Counted from the first letter of the stretch, positions 16,440-24,343 are shown. The stretch: DNA of 64,000 nt from Bdellovibrionales bacterium (GCA_965200025.1 OZ241325.1:1178743-1242742), one strand, 5' to 3'. Numbers and translations: made by a program. Notes: generated by a model not told the origin, from the sequence alone.

Positions 16440-18476
16440 TTATGACCTCCAACACCCTGTTAGGATATTTGATAGGGTAGTGATAAATGTCAAAACTGGG
16501 AGATATTTCTTTATAAATAAAGATAAATGATTTTTGTTTTTTTCTTTTTGAATCTTATCAAAACCTTTTGGGGTAATTTGAACACTTACTGCTATTAAAG
16601 AGGGATGAGGTAAACTTGAAGATGATCGAGGGTTTTTGTTAGAAAGTTGAATTAATTCTTCCTTTTCCAAATAATCAAATAACAAAAACCTAAATTCTTT
16701 CCAATTATGACAATAAGATAAAGCCCATAAAAATGGAGCTGGATTATTTCTCATGTAATCTCCTAAATCCTTAACCTGACTAAAAAATAAATCAACCCAT
16801 TCTCCTTCTTTAGAATATAAAGTTACCAAACCCTTTAATAGTAAAAGAGCTCTTCTTTCTGTATCTTTTTGTGTCTTCTTCATCTTTGTTTGATTTTCCA
16901 TTATCTTATCTAAAGAAGGAATATGTCCTTTTAGATTCTCCTGAGCAATGTAGCCAGATAAGTAAATTTTTTCCTCTTTACTAAGACGAAGCGTATTAGT
17001 ATCATCTTCAGTAAGTGGAAACATAGCAGTATCATTATTTGAGGTTTCTATACCTCCAGTTTTACATAACCCTTCTGATAATTTATAATATCCACCTGCC
17101 CACGGATTGTATATTATGTATTCTGGTAGAATGGAATTATTATTATCATTATAATATATACAAGGATGATAGTGTCCATCTGTAATTTGCTTTTTAAGAG
17201 TTTTTAACCCTGAGTAATGTTTATTTGACCAAGGAGGCATAAAGTCTCTTCCTGTTGGTTCGTCCTTCTGAGAAGGATAACTTAAATTTGGATCTAAAAA
17301 ATCCCCCCATATTACACATCTGTTTGGTGTACTCATTTTATTACCTATCCTCTCTTGTTTTTTAAAAATTACATTGTAAAACATACTATTATTACCATAC
17401 TTAATATCCAATGTGACTTTATTTTTATGATTTTTAATAGCTTGCTTTATGCGGTTAATACCTGTACCAGCTTTTTCTATATAATTTGCCCTGTGGAGCA
17501 TGGAGGCAATTAAAAAATTACGGGGTACACTTTTTGTGCCGAATGTTTTTTTATCCAAGCCACTGGGTAATCCCCCCGGGTTATAAATCTCCACCCTGTC
17601 CGAAAATACATCCACAACAACATGGCCTCTTTTTTCAAAATAATCTCTGTGACAAACAGCGTTGACAATAGCCTCCCGTAAAGCTACTTCTGGGTAATCA
17701 GGGATTTCCTCCCGGCGGGGGTTACCTGTAATCACATACTCTGTATTTGTGTGTCTTTGAACAAAAGCCAAAGCATTGTTAATATTTTCAATAATATTCC
17801 CCTTATATTGCTTTCTATCCAAGACTTTGACCTTATCTGTACCTTTAAATAAAATACAATCCACAAGGGCATGATTCATAATAAAATCCAGATCTTTGGC
17901 AAAAAACAAAACACCTAAATTAGTAAGCTTGTTATTATCTGCCAAACAGTCCAGGTTTTTAAGAAGAGCCTCCTGTGCAATAGATTGACTGATACCTGAA
18001 AGTTTTAAAAAATTTTTAAAAGCCTGTGGATCAAAATCTTTTTCAAAATCAGATTTTTCATTAATTAGCTCTTCAAAATGAACCCGGCCCTCTTTTTTAA
18101 AGCATTGTATAACCTCGTCTCTGGTCATTTTTTGAGAATTAGCCCCCACCCTCATAAAAAAACCTTTGGGACACTCATAAGGTTTTTCCTTACCTTCAGG
18201 CACATGGATTGCAATCAAATTTTCTTTAACCTCAACTGATATATCCAGTTTGGGTTGCAGTGTATTTAATATATCCTGTACTCTGGAACGGAAACGATTG
18301 CTTGTATCAATGCCTTTTATTGTGTTATCATCAGCCACTCCCATTAAAATGTCACCACCAGAAGAGTTGGCAAAAGCACATGCCTCTTCAACAAGGGTTG
18401 AATTTAGAGATTCTTTAAACTCTATATGGTATCCCTCACCAGTTAAAATCAGATTTTTAATTTCTTGATCTTTCAT
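16440..18476 (-). CDS. AlbA_2 (Schlafen-like) + HATPase_c_4 protein fused to an unknown ~260-aa C-terminal domain (domain X)
   Basis: 678 aa. AlbA_2 pattern EGYHIEFKESL..CAFANSSGGDILMGV. HATPase_c_4 pattern ALREAIVNAVCHRDY..VEIYNPGGLP. From about aa 380 (MSTPNRCVIWG...) it is homologous to the N-terminal 240 aa of the 368-aa protein at 18890-19996. Confidence 0.75.
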   Translation of the reverse strand: MKDQEIKNLILTGEGYHIEFKESLNSTLVEEACAFANSSGGDILMGVADDNTIKGIDTSNRFRSRVQDILNTLQPKLDISVEVKENLIAIHVPEGKEKPYECPKGFFMRVGANSQKMTRDEVIQCFKKEGRVHFEELINEKSDFEKDFDPQAFKNFLKLSGISQSIAQEALLKNLDCLADNNKLTNLGVLFFAKDLDFIMNHALVDCILFKGTDKVKVLDRKQYKGNIIENINNALAFVQRHTNTEYVITGNPRREEIPDYPEVALREAIVNAVCHRDYFEKRGHVVVDVFSDRVEIYNPGGLPSGLDKKTFGTKSVPRNFLIASMLHRANYIEKAGTGINRIKQAIKNHKNKVTLDIKYGNNSMFYNVIFKKQERIGNKMSTPNRCVIWGDFLDPNLSYPSQKDEPTGRDFMPPWSNKHYSGLKTLKKQITDGHYHPCIYYNDNNNSILPEYIIYNPWAGGYYKLSEGLCKTGGIETSNNDTAMFPLTEDDTNTLRLSKEEKIYLSGYIAQENLKGHIPSLDKIMENQTKMKKTQKDTERRALLLLKGLVTLYSKEGEWVDLFFSQVKDLGDYMRNNPAPFLWALSYCHNWKEFRFLLFDYLEKEELIQLSNKNPRSSSSLPHPSLIAVSVQITPKGFDKIQKEKNKNHLSLFIKKYLPVLTFITTLSNILTGCWRS

Positions 18477-18589
18477 TGGAATATCCTTATTTTAAGATGT
18501 TTACAATTTTGTGTCCGTCCATAAGGTTTTATGAATGCCTTAATACAACGACTTAAACACTCAGCTTTGATATTACTTTTATTTTTCAT
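18473..18589 (-). CDS. Possible 38-aa micro-ORF translationally coupled to the 678-aa gene
   Basis: Translation MKNKSNIKAECLSRCIKAFIKPYGRTQNCKHLKIRIFQ*. Its TGA overlaps the ATG of the 678-aa gene (ATGA). No strong SD, and it is below the ORF-track cutoff. Confidence 0.2.
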   Translation of the reverse strand: MKNKSNIKAECLSRCIKAFIKPYGRTQNCKHLKIRIFQ

Positions 18590-18621
18590 TTTTTTATTCC
18601 TTTAAAACCACCATATAACAG

Positions 18622-18873
18622 TTAGTAGGACGATCTGCAAATACATAGTACTTTTTCCACCTGTCCCTTTATTTTTTGTTTTCCTTCTGATGTAAAAGGT
18701 ACATCCAAGTGCTTTCCCTCATAAGAATGCCTGCCACCACTGTTGAGTATAACCTCTGTAACAGTCAAATTATCTGGATCCACATCGTCCCAGCCGTCCT
18801 CATATCCACTAACCACCACTTTCATGGTATCTGGATATTTCTTTAGCATATTTTTAAGTTCTTTAACAATCAT
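18622..18873 (-). CDS. Hypothetical 83-aa protein
   Basis: ORF in operon orientation between the two domain-X genes, 16 nt after the stop of the 368-aa gene. No family recognised. Confidence 0.4.
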   Translation of the reverse strand: MIVKELKNMLKKYPDTMKVVVSGYEDGWDDVDPDNLTVTEVILNSGGRHSYEGKHLDVPFTSEGKQKIKGQVEKVLCICRSSY

Positions 18874-18889
18874 AGCATATATCCTTTCT

Positions 18890-19996
18890 TTATTGTATGG
18901 TACCTTTAATTTTATCCTTCAATTTTTTTATAAAATCTTCCATATTATTTTTTTCCCAAAAAATAATGGGATACTGGCGAATGTCAAAAGCCATTTCTTT
19001 TTCTAGTGCTTTATTACAGGTAAAAATAACATCTCTGCCTATTCCTTTGGCATAACCGGCTTCAAAATAAACACTGCCACGGGGCTTCCCAGATTCTGAA
19101 GTAAGATCGCAGATGATAAATCGGGATTCTTTAATTTCAGAAAGAATCTCATCACAAATTTTATTGTTATGAGATTTATCATCAATTCTTAAAGGCTTGT
19201 ATCCAGCTTCTTTTATTGCTTTTTGGATACTTGTCTTTACAGTATCTACTGAAGAATCAATCCACATGGCAATAAAAGCCTGTTGTGAGTTTTGATTAGG
19301 TGTCCTATTTTGTATATTTTTAATTTTTCTCAAACCTTTTGGAGTAATTCTAATATGTACTTCTTTTATAGGTTGTAGTGGATGTATAGGTGGAAGATCT
19401 ATTGGTTCAGAAGCGTTAATAAATTCTTTTTGCTTTAAATCAAATAACAAAAAATCAAATTCGGTTACATTACAACAATAAGATACAGCCCATAAAAATG
19501 GAGCTGTAAATACACCTCTATAACCCCCTACACTTCGATCCTGAATAATACATGAGGGTATCTCCTCTCCGAGGCCAGGTTCCAAAACCTTTAAACTTTT
19601 TAATAACATAAAAGCTCGCTCTTCTTCATCTGGAATATCAGGTAAATTGCTCAGCCAATCATCGCCTTTCATTATTGCATCAATAGAAGGTGTTTTATTG
19701 TTTAAATTTTCCTGAGCAACGTAGCCAGACAAGCGGATTCTTTCCTCCTCTGAAATACTAAACCTTCCACCTCCTACAAAAGAAAATGTTTTGCGTGAGA
19801 GAGTGTACTTTCCACCTGCCCATGGATTATATATTATGTAGTTACCAAATAACGGACGATTCTGATAAATAAACGGACGTTGGTGTATCAGATCTTTTAT
19901 ACCTTGATTCGGATGAAAGCGAGTATCCTCATTAGCAAGTTCTATCGCATTAGTAAGTGCTGTTCCCCATATCACGCATTTGTTTTGTGTACTCAT
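18890..19996 (-). CDS. Domain X fused to a TIR-like / nucleoside 2-deoxyribosyltransferase-like domain
   Basis: 368 aa. N-terminal 240 aa are homologous to the C-terminus of the 678-aa protein. The C-terminus AFIAMWID..RFIICDLTSESGKPRGSVYFEAGYAKGIGRDVIF fits an NDT/TIR-like Rossmann pattern with a conserved Glu. It starts 5 nt after the hsdM stop. Confidence 0.6.
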   Translation of the reverse strand: MSTQNKCVIWGTALTNAIELANEDTRFHPNQGIKDLIHQRPFIYQNRPLFGNYIIYNPWAGGKYTLSRKTFSFVGGGRFSISEEERIRLSGYVAQENLNNKTPSIDAIMKGDDWLSNLPDIPDEEERAFMLLKSLKVLEPGLGEEIPSCIIQDRSVGGYRGVFTAPFLWAVSYCCNVTEFDFLLFDLKQKEFINASEPIDLPPIHPLQPIKEVHIRITPKGLRKIKNIQNRTPNQNSQQAFIAMWIDSSVDTVKTSIQKAIKEAGYKPLRIDDKSHNNKICDEILSEIKESRFIICDLTSESGKPRGSVYFEAGYAKGIGRDVIFTCNKALEKEMAFDIRQYPIIFWEKNNMEDFIKKLKDKIKGTIQ

Positions 19997-20001
19997 TAGT
20001 A

Positions 20002-22014
20002 TTACCTCATTTTACTTTTAAATTTTCTTTTGTGTTGAATGTTATGATTTTTTGGATTGTCGCTTTCGCGGGAATGGTGGTGCTTGCGGGAAGGGTTTGC
20101 TCCCCGGGAAAGGCCAGGGATGAGTTGCTTCATTATACGGTTCAGTTCTTTATCGGTTTGTTGCTCCTGTTTTTGCACCTTGGCCAGCTCAGACAGGATT
20201 TCAGGAATGGGGCGATAAACCACATCCTCCGAAAGACTGATGTAACGGGAGGGGGACAGATTATAATCGTTTTGCCTTGCCTCCTCCCTTGTAATCACCT
20301 TCACAAAACGCTTTACATTTTTGCCAGTCAAAAAAGCTTTCACAATTTTACCAATACTCTCTTCTGAAATATGGTTTTTGGGCTTTCCCTTGTAAAACTC
20401 CTGACTGGCATTGAGCAAAATAATTTGCCCCTTTCTTTCCGCCACTTTGTTTTTGTTCAAAAAAACAATCAGCCCCGCAGCCGTGGTGTTATAAAAAAGA
20501 TTATCCGGCAGGAGAATAATCCCCTCAATCACATCCTGCTCCAAAAACCATTTTCGGATTTTTTTCTCTTTGTCCTCATGCGTGCTACCGCTGCCTCTGG
20601 TAACCGCCCCTGTGTCCAACACCACCGCAGCCCTTCCGCTGTCCTTCAAACAAGCCAGGGTGTGTTGCAACCAGGCCCAGTCTGCCTTGCCCGTTGTAAT
20701 ACCACCCTGGGATTCAAAACGATTAAAAGGATCGTTTTCATAAACCGAAGAAGAAAAAACCTGATTCCACATGGGATTGGCCACAATGATGTCAAACTTT
20801 TTAAGCCTGCCAGCCCTGCTTCTGAATTTGGGGTTTTCCATCGAGTTTCCCCGCTCCACCCTTCCCTCCATATCGTGAATAATCCTGTTCATACAGGCAA
20901 TGGCAAAACTTTCCGCATTAAGCTCCTGGCCATTTAACTGAAGAGGTTTTTTGTTCAAAGGATCCATCTGCTTTAACACCAGCTGAAGTTTAATCAACAA
21001 ACCAAAAGACCCGCAAGCGTAATCGTAAGCCGTCTCACCCCCCTGGGGCTGCATAATGTGAGCCATAATAAAACCCACTTCACGAGGGGTAAAAAACTCC
21101 CCGGAACTTTGCCCCTGCCCCTCTGCAAACTTCCTCAAAAGATACTCATAAGACCTACCCAAAAAATCCGGTTCCACATCGTTTAAACCCAAACGGTAGC
21201 GGGAGTCTGAAAAAGTCTCAATTAAAGCCCTGAGTTTGTCATCTTTGATTTCTCTTTCCCCGCCGCTGGTTTGGTTATAGTCCACAGTGTCAATCACCCC
21301 GCTCAAATTTGTGTCGGGATTGGCCTTGGCAATAGAACGCATGGTGAGGGTGAGCTGTTCTCCCAAAGACCGGGGTTTTTCGCCCAAAGGCCACTCCTGC
21401 CGGCCACTCACCACTGCCCACCGGGCCTCAGGGGGCAGGTAAAACCGCACCAAGGAACGATCCCGCTCCAGCATGTTAAGAGCCACTTTCCGGTTCCCAA
21501 ACTTCTTCACCAGCCTGGCTATCTCATCGTCAAACACATCAGAAAGCCGCTTGATGAACAACAAAGGCAAAATGTAGTCCTTAAACTTGGGGGCATCTTT
21601 TTCGCCCCGGATTTGACAGGCTGCCCGCCAAAGCATCTGCTCCATATCACTGTGGGCCAAAACCCCCTTCTTCCCCTGCCGGCTGCTGTAAGGGATTTTA
21701 GATCTTTTTTTGGAAGTTTTTGGAAAGCCTGCCGGCTGCCCACCAGCCCCAGCTTTTTGGGCCTTCTCGTAAAGCTCCTCAATCGCCTCTCTGACAGCTT
21801 TTTGGGGAAGAGAATGGCCGTTTTCCCACCGGTTAACTGTGGCAAACGACACCCCCAGCTTGTGAGCCAGCTCTGCCTGAGACAGCAGCAGTTTTTGCCG
21901 TATCTTTAACAGTTTAAATGAGAGTTCACTGGACAAATTAATCTCCTGAATGGCATAATTCTCTTTAATAAAATGATGCAAAACACCATTACTGAGGCAT
22001 TTTACCCAAATCAC
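20002..22014 (-). CDS. hsdM: Type I R-M N6-adenine DNA methyltransferase M subunit with an N-terminal XRE-type HTH
   Basis: 670-aa ORF starting at GTG 22014. A TTG at 21936 preceded by GGAG is an alternative start. HTH LSQAELAHKLGVSFATVNRWENG. HsdM_N helix MLWRAACQIRGEKDAPKFKDYILPLLFIKRLSDVF. Catalytic motif IV IIVANPMW. The C-terminal tail comes from the hairpin element. Confidence 0.9.
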   Translation of the reverse strand: MIWVKCLSNGVLHHFIKENYAIQEINLSSELSFKLLKIRQKLLLSQAELAHKLGVSFATVNRWENGHSLPQKAVREAIEELYEKAQKAGAGGQPAGFPKTSKKRSKIPYSSRQGKKGVLAHSDMEQMLWRAACQIRGEKDAPKFKDYILPLLFIKRLSDVFDDEIARLVKKFGNRKVALNMLERDRSLVRFYLPPEARWAVVSGRQEWPLGEKPRSLGEQLTLTMRSIAKANPDTNLSGVIDTVDYNQTSGGEREIKDDKLRALIETFSDSRYRLGLNDVEPDFLGRSYEYLLRKFAEGQGQSSGEFFTPREVGFIMAHIMQPQGGETAYDYACGSFGLLIKLQLVLKQMDPLNKKPLQLNGQELNAESFAIACMNRIIHDMEGRVERGNSMENPKFRSRAGRLKKFDIIVANPMWNQVFSSSVYENDPFNRFESQGGITTGKADWAWLQHTLACLKDSGRAAVVLDTGAVTRGSGSTHEDKEKKIRKWFLEQDVIEGIILLPDNLFYNTTAAGLIVFLNKNKVAERKGQIILLNASQEFYKGKPKNHISEESIGKIVKAFLTGKNVKRFVKVITREEARQNDYNLSPSRYISLSEDVVYRPIPEILSELAKVQKQEQQTDKELNRIMKQLIPGLSRGANPSRKHHHSRESDNPKNHNIQHKRKFKSKMR
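20053..20078. repeat. Degenerate hairpin element copy in the hsdM 3' end
   Basis: TGGATTGTCGCTTTCGCGGGAATGGT, translated as HSRESDNP in the HsdM tail. Confidence 0.6.
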
Positions 22015-22295
22015 CCACTTTTTATCATGCTCTTTTCTGCAAAGTCAAGAATAATTTTGTTATAAAATGCTATATTTGATAACAAAAATACATATTTTTA
22101 AAAGAAATTACCTAAAATAATGAGAAAAAAAGCGATTTTTGCCATAATTTAGATTTTCATAAAAATTTTGTTGATTTACTATAAAAGTTAATATATATAC
22201 TAACTATCTGTAATACAAGAAATGCGGTTTGATATGCCAGCACAAGTGAATTTTACCATGATTTGGAATGTGAGTGATTTTGAAGGACAGGATGT

Positions 22296-22700
22296 ATGCC
22301 AGTACAAGTGAGCTTCATCAACATTTGGGAAGGACAAAATAAAATTATTAAAGCTGCTCAGCTTGGTACTCGGTGTCCAGCTAAAGATTTTATAGATAAA
22401 TTGGAAGAAAAAGAACAAAAAAAATTATATGTATTATTTGACAAGTTTGATATGCAAAACGGGAGGGTTTGTAACACGCAAAAATTAAGAAAACTGCATA
22501 CTTCCTGTGAAGGATGCTTTGAATTAAAACCAACTGCACAAGATCGTATAAGCTTTATTTACTTAAAGTATCCACCAAATTGTATTTGCTTATTGGATGG
22601 ATTTAAAAAGAAACAAAAAAAATGGCCACAGAATAAAATAAAAAAAACCATAAGGTTATGCAAAGAAGTTCAACAATATAAACAAGGAGTTACACAATGA
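22296..22700 (+). CDS. HigB/Gp49-like RelE-fold toxin
   Basis: 134 aa. The C-terminal half CFELKPTAQDRISFIYLKYPPNCICLLDGFKKKQKKWPQNKIKK is typical of phage Gp49/HigB toxins. ATGA overlap with the next gene. Confidence 0.65.
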   Translation: MPVQVSFINIWEGQNKIIKAAQLGTRCPAKDFIDKLEEKEQKKLYVLFDKFDMQNGRVCNTQKLRKLHTSCEGCFELKPTAQDRISFIYLKYPPNCICLLDGFKKKQKKWPQNKIKKTIRLCKEVQQYKQGVTQ

Positions 22701-23164
22701 CTAAAAAAAATCAATATCCAAAAAGTATTGAGGATTTTAAAGATGATCCTTTGTTTTATGAAGAAGTGGCTGTATTAAGTGCTCAAGAAACTATTGCTGA
22801 GTTGATGCAAAACAGTAAAACAACCAGAACACAGCTGGCTAAACTTTTAAACCGATCCAAAGCTCATGTGACAGGGTTATTATCAAACGGGCGTAATCTG
22901 ACTTTGAGAACTTTTGCCCGTGTGTGTTTCCACTTGGGCATGGAAGTGGATTTTAAAACCCGAAAGATTGGTACAATGTATGATACGAGATCATTTGATA
23001 CTTACCCCAGTAAAGAAGATCAGGCTTTAAAAGAAATTACTACATTCCATGGTATAAGTAGTACTTATACACCTAACAAAAATGGCTTCAGAGAACCACA
23101 AATAAGTGATATCCGTAATAAAAAATACCCAAGTACCAACACAGAAAATGCCTTTGCTGCTTAG
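22697..23164 (+). CDS. XRE-HTH antitoxin (HigA-like) with a C-terminal extension
   Basis: 155 aa. HTH TRTQLAKLLNRSKAHVTGLLSNGRNLTLRTFARVCFHLG. A ~60-aa low-complexity C-terminal tail could serve as a chaperone-addiction region. Confidence 0.7.
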   Translation: MTKKNQYPKSIEDFKDDPLFYEEVAVLSAQETIAELMQNSKTTRTQLAKLLNRSKAHVTGLLSNGRNLTLRTFARVCFHLGMEVDFKTRKIGTMYDTRSFDTYPSKEDQALKEITTFHGISSTYTPNKNGFREPQISDIRNKKYPSTNTENAFAA

Positions 23165-23175
23165 GAGTTATTAAG

Positions 23176-23682
23176 GTGGATAAAATTGAATTTCAAAAAG
23201 TGATTGAAGCAGTGAAACTCCGTGAGGTGTTTCTGGAAGAGACTCATAACACACTTCATGTTCATCACTCTCAAGTTAACCCTCAACACACAGATTTAAT
23301 TCTCAAAAAAAACAAAGCCAAGTATCATATTATTCCAAAAAAATCCAACAAAGAGGGAGCTATTTTTTCCAAAATAGTTTTTATGATTGAAGGTGTATCA
23401 CAAAAAGATATCATAGGCAAGGACAATCAAGTTATCAAAAAAAAAGGGGAGGCTTTATTTACCATATCGGCCTCCTATGTTGTAACTTATACAGTGAATA
23501 ATTTGAATCTACTAAACAAAGAAGCTATAGAATACTTTGGAACACAAAACGCTTATTTTAATGTTTATCCTTATCTCAGAGAGTTTATTACCAATATAAG
23601 CCAAAGAATGAATTTAAACCCTGTTGTGATTCCTCTTCTTAAACTAAATAAACAGCTTGTACAATCTAAAGAAAAAAAATAA
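23176..23682 (+). CDS. SecB-like chaperone
   Basis: 168 aa with a GTG start and TAGGAG 8 nt upstream. The C-terminal AYFNVYPYLREFITNISQRMNLNPVVIPLL matches the SecB signature (..ILFPYAREcI....r..fP.l.L.PvNF). Confidence 0.6.
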   Translation: MDKIEFQKVIEAVKLREVFLEETHNTLHVHHSQVNPQHTDLILKKNKAKYHIIPKKSNKEGAIFSKIVFMIEGVSQKDIIGKDNQVIKKKGEALFTISASYVVTYTVNNLNLLNKEAIEYFGTQNAYFNVYPYLREFITNISQRMNLNPVVIPLLKLNKQLVQSKEKK

Positions 23683-23715
23683 TTACTCAATAGCAGATCA
23701 CAAGCTTTCTTTACC

Positions 23716-24342
23716 TTATAAAGGTTTTTTATTTATTTGTGTTTTTAAAAATTTTTCAACAAAATGGGCTGATTTTTCATGCAGCTTGACCTTTGTTTTT
23801 TGTATCTGACGAAGGGTCCATTCCGGATCATCTTTATACTGTTTTATCTTTTTTAAAATCTGCCGGCCAGAGCTTTTGTTATTCTCAATCCTGTGAACTA
23901 TGGCAAAAGACACATCAAAGAGCTCTGCAAACTCCCGCAAAGAAAGCCTTAACTGCTTTCGAAACTGTTTTAAATCCTCTGCGGAAAAACCATCTCGATC
24001 TGTGATGAGTGTGCAAATAAAGGAAGAAGGACCTTTTTGTCCCAAAGCCCCCAGTAAAATAAAAGGATCTTTTTCCAGTGGGCTAATACCCACAACCTGA
24101 CAGTACTCTTCATAAGCCGGGTTTTGCCTGGAAGGAATACGATCCACAAAAGAGGGAAAAAGCCTCAAACTCTTGTGTGTTTTTTGAGTCACCAGTAGGT
24201 CTGGCCCAATAGCCAAAGGGTATTTGCTGTATAGGTAAGCATCATCGTACTCGAACACAAAGTGTCGTTTTTGTTTTGTGAGCCTTCCCACATACTGCCT
24301 TCGGCTGCGTTTTTCAAAATACACATCTATGGCTTTACTCAT
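23716..24342 (-). CDS. HipA N-terminal (HipS-like) domain fused to a C-terminal XRE HTH
   Basis: 208 aa. N-terminus IDVYFEKRSRRQYVGRLTK..FVFEYDDAYL..LFPSFVDRIPSR..DPFILLGALGQKGPSSF resembles the HipA N-subdomain. C-terminal HTH LSLREFAELFDVSFAIVHRIENNKSSG. It starts 1 nt after the kinase stop. Confidence 0.65.
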   Translation of the reverse strand: MSKAIDVYFEKRSRRQYVGRLTKQKRHFVFEYDDAYLYSKYPLAIGPDLLVTQKTHKSLRLFPSFVDRIPSRQNPAYEEYCQVVGISPLEKDPFILLGALGQKGPSSFICTLITDRDGFSAEDLKQFRKQLRLSLREFAELFDVSFAIVHRIENNKSSGRQILKKIKQYKDDPEWTLRQIQKTKVKLHEKSAHFVEKFLKTQINKKPL

Positions 24343-24343
24343 T

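Noticed and set aside
20371-21909. Long antisense ORFs inside hsdM (20371-20937, 21271-21909). Similar ones occur inside actB, ccsA, nrdA, guaA, the ankyrin gene and ogt
   Set aside because: They lie opposite strongly supported genes, have low-complexity composition and lack motifs. They are typical shadow ORFs.
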